From Chiloscyllium plagiosum (Eukaryota), in NCBI RefSeq assembly GCF_004010195.1, contig NC_057728.1, positions 48,372,091 through 48,392,090 of the forward strand: a stretch of 20,000 bases of DNA, in the 5' to 3' direction. Positions 1 through 8,780 of the stretch are shown here, one piece after another. How positions within the stretch are numbered: the first letter of the stretch is position 1; each line of letters starts with the position of its first letter. The translations under genes and the position numbers were made by a program. Under the pieces are notes generated by a model, which made no database searches, had not been told where the DNA came from, and saw nothing but the letters and a program-made list of their open reading frames with translations.

Positions 1-382
1 AAGGCAACACTGCAGTTAGGACAGCTTTTCTACTTTATTACAAAGAGAAGAAGCTTTAATGTGGTCAGAAAATACAAGATTGATTTTTTTTTTAATTTTT
101 TTTCCTATGAAATGCTGCTGTTCAACCAGCCATTGTGAATTGTCTCAGTTCACTTCCTGAAGTCCCATCATGTTCAATTGGGTATGGATGTCCTTGGCTG
201 CTGAAAATCTGGCCCTTAAGTGCACAGGGCGACACAGCGGTCCCCTGCTCAGCAGTTCCCGAAATGTCCTGTTTTCATGTATTGCATCCATGCACACCTC
301 CGAAAAATGAGGTACAGCAGGGCAAATATTTTCCAAAATAGATGTCATATATATAATATATACACATTCGTACATACATATC

Positions 383-428
383 TTTATTCATGTGATGTCC
401 AAAAATTAAAAAAATGTACACTTTTATT
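383..428 (-). promoter_or_regulatory. Tandem candidate polyadenylation signals of CNOT2 (AATAAA at 428-423 and 388-383; a further one at 39-34)
   Basis: The + strand has TTTATT at 423-428, 383-388 and 34-39. On the minus strand the first reads TTTTGTAATAAAAGTGTACATTTTTT (UGUA upstream, U-rich downstream). The second is followed by the GU-rich TGTATGTACGAATGTGTATATA. The first two lie about 650-690 nt past the stop codon. Which site is used cannot be told from sequence. Confidence 0.55.
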
Positions 429-1072
429 ACAAAATTGTAACAAAGACTGGACAGTGTTTTGCTCATTCTGGAAAGATGAAGCCCAGTGATACACAACCGT
501 GGAAAATGTCCAGAGGTCGTGGCAATAACATTCACTTAAACAGTCAAATGTTCTTGCATTTAACTTGGCAGAAATGCCATTCAAAAACATTAGGGGTAGT
601 AAAATGAACAAATCAAATGCAGGCTGCTTATCTTTCCAAATGAAATACAAGGAGGATCTTCACATAAAAATGCACTAAACATTTTTTTTTTATTATTACC
701 AGTAATGCTACAATGAACAATGCAAACTTTTTAAATTTTTACACTTTGGAAATTTAGCAATGAAAATGTTGTCGGTCCACTTGTCCTTTAGCAGAAAAAA
801 ATCTGCCTCTAGGCTGAAATTATTTTTTTGTGTCGTTTTTAAACATACCCTGCTCAAAATAATAAAAAAAAAACAAAAAAAAAACAAAAAATACAAATTC
901 AGTTGTGTTGGGCAGCACATAATTACTAAGGCAGGACTTCAAAATGTCGATCCATCCACATGAGCCAATTGCCAGATCCTCAAAGAATAAAAACCAGGAT
1001 GCCTGAGCCACTTCGGTTTCCGCAGTTTGAGTATTGTGCTGAGACAGCCATACCCCATGAACAGTTAAGTCT

Positions 1073-1159
1073 TTAGAAGGCTTGCTGAGCAGGGTTGTAG
1101 TTCAAAGATGACGGCAGATGAGGTCTCTCCTCTAGTTTATCATACTCCAGATGGAACTC
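1073..1159 (-). CDS. CNOT2: CNOT2 terminal coding exon (EFHLEYDKLEERPHLPSSLNYNPAQQAF*)
   Basis: Acceptor tttcag at 1165-1160, phase 0, 87 nt ending in TAA at 1075-1073. The peptide matches the vertebrate CNOT2 C-terminus as I know it. Confidence 0.97.
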   Translation of the reverse strand, partial: EFHLEYDKLEERPHLPSSLNYNPAQQAF

Positions 1160-1479
1160 CTGAAATTGCAAAAAGAAACAGTCAGCCATGTGGCAGCAAA
1201 CATCCATTTAAAAGGAAAACAAGATGCAGCATACATCCTTAGATGCCAACATCAGGATATAGATATACAAAACCCAATTTAAATTTAAAGAATGCCATTG
1301 GTGAGGCAAACTTTAGCGTGGAAGTAGTAGCTATAGAAAAAAAGGTAGAAATTCTATCAAAAAGGACTACAGTTCTAAAATGTCACATTAGTAGGGACCC
1401 AATATCAGAAACATTTATATACAAAGAAAAAGATTTTGGAGTTGTTTTGTGGAAATATGCAACTGATATAATTTGGCAA

Positions 1480-1930
1480 TGATTTGGGCCGAGGATGATT
1501 TAGAGGAGGGATAATAAAGGACAGGGTACATGTGATGGTGTTTCAATTGTGGACAAATTTTGGATGGTTCAAAGTGAGGCTGATAGCATTGTCAAAATAG
1601 GCAAGCCTGCTGCTCTCAAAGCATATCCTAAGGTTTCAGCAATGTGGTGGCTGAAGTATGGGCAGAAGTGAGCAATTTTATTGATGGAATTTGATAGCAG
1701 CTAGGTTGTTGTTGAATTAAACAAAGTGATTTAATAACTTGTTAGAATAGCATAAGTGTGTGGTCATGGAGGGAAATGAAAAAATAAGGGAACAGAGTTT
1801 TGGTTGGAAACTGAAAATTATTTCTCTGGACTCTCCCATCACAAGCTGGAGAAAAGTTGCTGTAGGTAAATAGTCTGAAAGTACAAAAATAGCAACTGGA
1901 GCTCATCAGCATATATCAGGTGTCAGACTT
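1480..1930 (-). mobile_element. Highly decayed L2-like LINE reverse transcriptase fragment
   Basis: Minus strand from 1913 reads TAT GCT GAT GAG CTC CAG TTG (YADELQL), resembling the L2 YADDTQL motif. No open frame remains and boundaries are approximate. Confidence 0.35.
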
Positions 1931-2074
1931 AACCCAATGAAAGTACCTCAATGATATCTATTGAAGGCACCCAACTTCAGCAGCTAGATTCACTGCAGGA
2001 ATAAGGTAATGCTATACCACCGCAAGTACTGTCTTTTGAATGCAATGTTCGCCCAATCTCCCATCTAAGTTGAT

Positions 2075-2232
2075 TTCATTCATCAACCAAAGATGGTCAA
2101 AAATGGATCATCAAGCTATTTAACTCTATTTGTAGAATCTCAAGTAACTAGTTTTACTACATTTCCAAAGCACTATTTTGGCTAAAAGTACTTGGAATCC
2201 TGAAGTCGTGAAAGACACTATATAAAATGAGT
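2075..2232 (+). mobile_element. Decayed 3' part of a DeuSINE (SacSINE1-like)
   Basis: Ends in TTGGCTAAAAGTACTTGGAATCCTGAAGTCGTGAAAGACACTATATAAA, resembling the L2-type tail of DeuSINEs. It is loosely the reverse complement of 7383-7450. Confidence 0.4.
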
Positions 2233-2571
2233 GTGAAAATCTATCAGTGGATGAGGTCTCAGATGTGCATCAAATAGATCGAAGAGTAACAATGAACAGA
2301 TTTGAGGGAATCCTGAATATGATGGGCCTGGGGATAGGAAATAAAGCTTAAGAAAACAGCTTGCATTTTATAGACATTATTAAACATCTCTGCACACATT
2401 CAATTTCTGAATTATTGGCATTCACAGCATACTCCATTGCAACAAAATAGTCCTCTTAGAAACTTTTGTTAAAATTAGTGATCTGTTCTGTCCTACTCAC
2501 TACAACAACAAACACGATGATACATTATAACAAGTACACATTATTCTTTGAATTAAAGCAAGCATTTGAGT

Positions 2572-2779
2572 AATTCTGAAGACATTTTGTCAAAGCTTTT
2601 CATCAGGACAATTCACTATATATTAATTCAAGGGGAAAGCCAACATTTATATTGCATGAGAGTCTCTTTTCTCCTCATGAAGTATAAATGTTGACTTCCC
2701 CTTGAATTGGTATTCTTATGAATTGTCCTGATGAGTACATGATGAAAAGCTTTAATAAAATGTTTGTTCACAGAAAATT
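2572..2779. mobile_element. Fold-back element with a decayed hammerhead-ribozyme motif in each arm (Penelope-like or retrozyme-type, inferred)
   Basis: Arms about 2572-2662 and 2671-2779 are reverse complements, e.g. CATCAGGACAATTCA / TGAATTGTCCTGATG and AATTCAAGGGGAA / TTCCCCTTGAATT. The right arm (+) has TTGTC-CTGATGA-GTACATGAT-GAAA-AGCT-TT-AATAA at 2723-2758. The left arm (-) has TTGTC-CTGATG-AAAAGCTTT-GACAA at 2611-2587. Confidence 0.7.
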
Positions 2780-2786
2780 GAAATTC

Positions 2787-3300
2787 TGAGTCTCCTTGCT
2801 CTGAGAAAAATGCTGTGAAGCTTGAAAGGGTTCTGAAAAGATTTACAAGGATGTTGCTGGGATTGGAGAGTTTGAGCAATTGGAGAGGTTGAACTGGGTG
2901 GGGCTTTTTTCCCCATGGAGCGACAGAGGCTGAGGGGTGACTTTTGTAGAGGTTTAAAAAAATCATGAAGGGCGAATAAACATTGTCTTTTTTTCCAGGG
3001 TAGCAGAGTCCAAAACTAGAGGGCATAGGCTTAAGGTGAGAGGGGAAAGATTTAAATGTGACCTCAAGAGCAACATTTTCATGCAGAGGGTGGTGCATGT
3101 ATGGAAAGAGTTGCCAGAGGAAGTGGTGAAGCTGGTACAATTACAACAGTTAAAAGGCATCTGGATGTGTACATGAATAGGAAGGGCTGAGAGGAATATG
3201 GGCCAAACACTGGCAAATGGGACTAGATTAATTTAGAATATCTGGTCAGCATGGATGAGTTGGACTGAAAAGTCATTTTCCACGCTGTGTAACTCTGATT
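2787..3300 (+). mobile_element. 5'-truncated CR1-clade LINE (end of ORF2 plus 3' UTR), frameshifted
   Basis: Translates to LERVLKRFTRMLLGL from 2821 and RLRGD near 2927, typical of the CR1 ORF2 C-terminus. The 3' tail TGGTCAGCATGGATGAGTTGGACTGAA is shared with 5133-5180 and with the SINE tails. Confidence 0.9.
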
Positions 3301-5111
3301 CCATTACTGTACTACCAAATTATGTTTTGTTAGTATTGCATTTTAAAGATAATTCCATTGTACTAAAATGATGATTTTCCTTTCAAAATATCATGTATAA
3401 TCACCAACATATGATTTTCTTGCCATTTTGGAGAGTTCATTCTATAGAGGGAAGGATTTTCAATGTGGTGAAAACTCAATGGAACAGATGGTGTTTGGCA
3501 TTAACAGTGATGGATTGATATTGCCACAGTGCTTGATTAAAGCAGTCAGAGTAATTTTAAAAATGGTTTATATTATCTCTTCAAATTGAACACAGATCCA
3601 CAAATTACTACACAATGCTTTTAGGTAATCCAAAGCTATTTCATGGGAATCTGGAACTTGTGATCAGAAATTCATTGAAAAAGGAAAGACCTATAATTTC
3701 AGTAAACATTGGTTGACTGCACATGCCTTCACTGATAAAGATCCAGTGCCTGAAGTATACTGCAACTGCCAACTCTGATTTATACTACTTGATCTGTAGA
3801 GGGCTGTCTCCTAGATCGAAGGCTACAGATATAATTCACACAACAGTCAAATTTTAAAAAAACTTTTGGTCTCAGAATTTTGTTTTCCTTAAACTCTAAA
3901 AAGATTTTCTAATATTTTAATATGCAAACTATTTAATTCTAACTAATAGAGCTAACTGAAATAAAACTATTTCAATGGTTTGTGAAAACTTCAATAAATT
4001 ATCCCTTTACTGCAAATATATACACAACTTTGAAAATGTGAATAAAAGGTGCTGAGTTATACTAGATGCTGGTATTGTTGTTTGATCAGTGAAACAAAAG
4101 CTTTGTATGACACTCCAATGCATTCTGAAGACTTACTCAGTAGCTGCCAAATTCCACAGAACTTTTCATTATCCTGCCAGCTGTTTATTACAAAACATTA
4201 ATATTTTAGCGTGGAGATCAGTTAGTTGACTACTGGAGAGTTGCAAAATGTTGTTATACTTTAACCAATCTAAAACTGAAGCTGTGCACAACTTTGAAAG
4301 AAAGCTGATTCGCTCCCAACTTTTTTTCTGGGTAACAACAAATATATTGCACTTCCTAAACTGGGCAGGTGCTGAATGTGTGGTATAAATCAGCCTTTAA
4401 GATATTCTCATTATCATTACCAACATGTCAGCTTTCTTCTTTTGAACTGTATGGAATTTGCAGCACAACAGTTTAGTTTTCATTGGTCAGACACTGAAAT
4501 TGGGGACTCATGTGAAAACAGTATGCTTGTAGGGACAGACAGCTATTTTTGCTTTGATTATATTGGGCATCTAGATTTTAAGTAATACTTTGGAGATCTG
4601 ATCCTGGTGATTCAATCCATTTTCTGCTTTAAATGCAATATCAAAACTATGCCTCTAGCCAAAAGTCAATTGAGTAAGTCTTTTAGATAGCAACATGATC
4701 TGCATTTGACATGAAGTGCAAAACCCAATGTGTGACATTTAAGTAGTTTGAAATACGCCATCACAATCAGCATAAGTAAAATACTTTGCAATTACCTCCA
4801 TGTACAGCTGAATTTCTATTTTTATTTTTCAATATTTAGGTAAATAATTTGATGTTTTTAAAACTCTTTTGTGCTGTTCTGGAGTTGTTCTTGAACCTGG
4901 ATCTTCTGGTACTGAAGGTGATTGGCCACATTGTAATTATTGGCCTACTCCCCACAATAAGCTAACAGTCAGATAAAGTTAAATTGCCGAGACAGGCTCA
5001 AGTGTTTTCTCTTCAACAAATCAGGATCAGATAAGGTTATGCAATCAGCCAGTGGCAAAAGACAAATAACTCCAAATTATCCCTCTCAATGAACAGAAGA
5101 ATTTAAACATG

Positions 5112-5195
5112 ACTGGATTGGGTTGGGATATCTGGTCAGCATGGACAAGTTGGACCGAAGGGTCTGTTTCCGTGCTGGACGTCTCTATGAGCCTA
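5112..5195 (+). mobile_element. Short CR1 3'-tail fragment, same family as 2787-3300
   Basis: ATATCTGGTCAGCATGGACAAGTTGGACCGAAGGGTCTGTTTCCGTGCTG aligns directly with 3238-3288. Confidence 0.8.
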
Positions 5196-5320
5196 GATAT
5201 AGATTCATAGAGTCAATGTGAAACAGGAGGATGGAGGAATCACAAGAAAATTATGGAAACATTATTAAAAAGTTTGAAAGAAAAAGTAAAAATGCAATCT
5301 AAGTAATTAGTACCAACTTA

Positions 5321-5485
5321 AAAACAGAAATTGTTGCAGAACTTCAACAGGTCTGGTATCATCTATGGAGAGAAAGCAAAGTAAATGCTAACTCTGCTTA
5401 CTCTCCACAGATGCTGCCAGACCTGCTGAGATTCTCCAGCAATTTGTTTTCGTTTTAGATTTCCAGCATCTGCAGTCTTTGTTTC
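5321..5485. mobile_element. Fold-back element, probable Penelope-like inverted pseudo-LTR remnant with collapsed centre
   Basis: The left arm AAAACAGAAATTGTTGCAGAACTTCAACAGGTCTGGTATCATCTATGGAGAGAAAGCAAAGT (5321-5382) pairs with the right arm ACTCTGCTTACTCTCCACAGATGCTGCCAGACCTGCTGAGATTCTCCAGCAATTTGTTTT (5391-5450). An unpaired extension runs to about 5485. The family assignment is from recollection of shark repeats. Confidence 0.65.
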
Positions 5486-5498
5486 ATATTAACTTAAA

Positions 5499-5961
5499 TA
5501 TTGTTGAAAAAAGATACACCTTGTAATAGATATCCATTTAGCACTCATCAGGATATTTATAAGAATACTAAAGTAAAAGGGAATAATACTTTATACTGTA
5601 TGAGAAGTGTTGGCAACTGGACTCTGATCAGCAGAGATATTGCCATGGAGACTGCATCAGTTAGATAGGAACATAGAAAATAGGAGAAGTAGGTAATTCA
5701 ATATGATCATGTACTCTCATCCTCCTTCTCCCTTTATCCTTTGACTAATAAACAAAGCTTAGCAGTTGACTAAGTTTAAACCAGGCATGTTGACTCTGGT
5801 CAAAACCTAACTGGTGCATTCTATTTGGCAGGTGCAGTCCACTTGCCAAGAAATCTGCACTCTCTTCTCATTATATAATATTGCTCCCCTTCAAACTGGT
5901 ATTCTTGCAAATGTGATAAATGCATGACCCAAACTTTATTAATTTGTCTTTTTCAGCAATA
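5499..5961. mobile_element. Older, longer member of the 2572-2779 fold-back family
   Basis: Termini TATTGTTGAAAAAAGA and TCTTTTTCAGCAATA are inverted. The arms share CTCATCAGGA..T..ATAAGAATAC and CCCCTT..A..TGGTATTCTT with the 2572 element. Inner arms TTGGCAACTGGACT / AGTCCACTTGCCAA and TGCATCAGTTAG / CTAACTGGTGCA are also complementary. A short LINE-tail-like piece (about 5665-5745) sits in the centre. Confidence 0.65.
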
Positions 5962-6574
5962 CTAAAGTTCTGTTTAGTATCCTTACATAAAACTGAGCAC
6001 AAGGGGGCAGATAAAATGGGTCTGGGTGAAATATGAATACAGACTATGTTCCATTATACAGGTCTTGTTTAACTTGCAAAAATAACATTTATATCTTGTA
6101 GCCAACTATCAGTAGATTCATTGTAATATTGTCACTACAATTTAGCATGAAATGACACCGAATAAAAGCAGGCTAATGTAATAAAATCAATTGACTAAAA
6201 TCAGTTACTGCATAGTTACAGTAAGCCAATCACACCCTTCTACGCTGCACATTTGGGTCTAGAGTGCATGAGATGAAGTCTTCAAAAAGATAATAGCCTT
6301 GAGAGTACAGAAGGTGCTACAGCATTCAACAGTCTCAAGGGTTAAAACAACAGCACACAAATTTAGGCTATTTCAGCTATCTTTATTATTGAGAACCACA
6401 GACCAAATTTGCTGGGCAGAAAATACACAATGTTGTATACAAAACACATTGGTTGTTTCCAGCAAACAGATGATACGTAATCTCAAGGAAACATCAAGTT
6501 AGTAATTTATCTGGCTCCTTTACAATCAAATAATTTCTGTATTATATAAAATCCAGTAGCGCATCAGCTCTTAC

Positions 6575-6719
6575 TTTAGCAACCTTTCTCCAGTTAAGAC
6601 AGTCAAAGAAATAGTATGTCCCCCTTTCATAGGTGTTGGTCTTTACTGTTGGCTCCATTCCTGGGGCCCTGGTGATCCAGACTCGCTCTTCTTTGTGGTA
6701 CCTCCAGTCTCGGTTAAAT
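6575..6719 (-). CDS. CNOT2: CNOT2 coding exon, NOT box (FNRDWRYHKEERVWITRAPGMEPTVKTNTYERGTYYFFDCLNWRKVAK)
   Basis: 145 nt, acceptor AG at 6721-6720 and donor GTAAGA at 6574, phase 2 to 0. Contains the conserved WRYHK motif of the NOT2/3/5 domain and lies inside ORF-track entry 6542..6805. Confidence 0.98.
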
Positions 6720-6911
6720 CTACCATTTATAACAAGAAAAATATTGTGAGAAAAGACACAAGTATTAATTAAGTTAAACCACATCCAACAAACAAACTGC
6801 TGCATGACAACTTTTTTTTAAAATTGTAAATAAGGATCAATAGAATTTAATGTCAGTTAGGCCACAGAAAATTTTCATTCAAATAAAGTGATACATTTAA
6901 AAAGGACATAC

Positions 6912-7012
6912 AACTCTACTGCTGCAAGTAACTGCAAGACATCTCCTCCATTCATGTAGTATAGATAGAAAAGGAGGTCCTCTCCATAGCGGGCAAGTTT
7001 TATTGCAGCGAG
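6912..7012 (-). CDS. CNOT2: CNOT2 coding exon (LAAIKLARYGEDLLFYLYYMNGGDVLQLLAAVE-L)
   Basis: 101 nt, acceptor ttttacag ending at 7013 and donor GTATGT at 6911, phase 0 to 2. Encodes the NOT-box N-terminal helices. Confidence 0.97.
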
Positions 7013-7382
7013 CTGTAAAATAAATTATTGTTGATTTTTATTTTACATTTCAAATATAATGCTTAAAACCTTACTTTTAAGATTTCAAATATTTCATGTA
7101 CGTAAGTGGGCCAGGGTATCAACAAAAATTCTGCAACATGACTGTAAGCTTTGCATAGATTGTCACAAAATATACAAATTATGTAATTTAGTACTCACAC
7201 TCTGATTATGCCGTAATTGTTAATCTTTCAAGATGAATATCACCACCCAATCGGCACAAAGTGCTGGCTGCTGCCAGCAAATACAACCCAACTAAAAAGG
7301 ACGTATAGCTGTCAATGCAGGAGTATATAATCATGCGATATGTTAAAAATCCTATTGGTGTACACTTTGTTTAGAAAGACAA

Positions 7383-7672
7383 GAAAAACTTGCATTTGTA
7401 TAATGCTTTCCATAGCCATCAACATCTCAGTGTCTAAGACAATGTTATACGTTTGAACTGTAATCACTTGTAAATAGATGTCAATTTACAACAAGCTCCC
7501 GCAAATACTAATGTGGTATTAACCAGGTAATCTGTTTTTATGATGCCAGAGGGATATATTATGGCCACAATGCTAGGTATAGTTGCCTGTTCCTCTTTGA
7601 AAATGTCATGGGATCTTTTATATCCAACCAAGCAGGCAGATGTGGCCTTGACTCAACATCGCATCCAAAGGA
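7383..7672 (-). mobile_element. DeuSINE (SacSINE1/AmnSINE1-related) fragment with Deu domain
   Basis: The + strand CATGGGATCTTTTATATCCA...GCAGATGTGGCCTTGACTCAACATCGCATCCAAAGG (about 7607-7670) resembles the reverse complement of the Deu core as recalled. An L2-type tail AACTTGCATTTGTATAATGCTTT lies at about 7387. Confidence 0.65.
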
Positions 7673-8780
7673 AAAATAAGATTACTTTGTGTTTCACTCT
7701 CTCTCTCGCACTTCTTTGATAACATTTCATATTTTTAAATGGCAATGTCTATTCTTCTTTCACTAAACTCATCAGCTTCTGTACCACTGCCACTCCTTGG
7801 CCAAGCTCAAGCAATTAGTTAATCCGCCTAATGGATCCTTCTCTGAGACAGCGTCAATCTATATGTGATAATACTTATGTGAAATGCATATATATATATT
7901 TCTTATGCTAATGGATTATCAATGGAAGTTATTGGAATTGGTCTATGTGAACTACTTGTGTTATGGTTACATTATTCCACCAATAGTGGCATTATATAGT
8001 GCTTCAGTTTTATCTCCTAGTGCCTCTATGTATACTGCAGAGAAACTCCAGTTTTGTTTTCTAAATTGCAGCAAGTTGTTTTACTTTACAGAATACTTAT
8101 TATTAAGTTCATTCATCTTAAAATGTGGGCTGAATTAGATCTACAGGCTCACATTTTAACATCAACACAAGGCTAGTTTTGACTCCCTTTGTGAAACACC
8201 ATGGGACTTGAACTAGATATAAAATAACGTCTGTCAAATTGATTTCAAAGCAGTGATCTTCTCTTGCTTTAGATTTATACAAACCACAATAGCAAAAATT
8301 CAAATCTGAGAAGCAGAGTAACATGGATATTTATGACAATCGTTCAAGACATTATTGAACAGTTAATGTGAAGAATCACACCTATTTCAGAAAGTAGTCT
8401 GAGGACAAAGTGTCTTTCACAACTCATGCCAGGAGGCCTAGGCCATAGAGGTCAAAAATAACATACAGGTTGCACTGTCTGGACAAAATATGCAAGAGCA
8501 GGTGAAGTCAAAAAGAATTTGAACTCATATCTAGTTTGATTCGGATTTCTTAATACAGGTACGTATCCCTTTATCTGAGCATCCAAAAACCAAAAAGTTC
8601 CGAAAACCAAAAGGTTTTCATGGAGCATGCAGTGTCAGTAATGTCTGCATAACATAACAGGGTTTTCTTGGTAGGCAAAGGCTGCACCCACTCGACCCAC
8701 ATGGCGGTGTGGCCCAGCACTCGGAGGTGACAGTTGTGTATTGTTTTTACTGTGCTAAATTGTTTAACTTTCAAGTGAAA

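Noticed and set aside
135..1011. Cluster of 60-90 aa ORFs on both strands
   Set aside because: They lie in or beyond the CNOT2 3' UTR, are low-complexity (poly-K or poly-F from A/T runs) and show no recognisable protein motif.
2628..3160. 170-aa and 65-aa minus-strand ORFs
   Set aside because: Antisense read-through of the CR1 fragment and the fold-back element.
4915..5040. Two AGATAA (GATA) sites plus two ATTGG boxes; also CCAAT-CACACCC at 6226-6237
   Set aside because: Short motifs are expected by chance in AT-rich intron. No conservation or chromatin data are available to support an enhancer.
6720..6911. 192-nt intron (multiple of 3) with donor GTATGTCCTTT and a weak tract next to the acceptor, considered as a U12 intron or an in-frame retained intron
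   Set aside because: The donor lacks the U12 GTATCCTT consensus, no CCTTAAC branch is present, and retention meets TGA after 12 codons.
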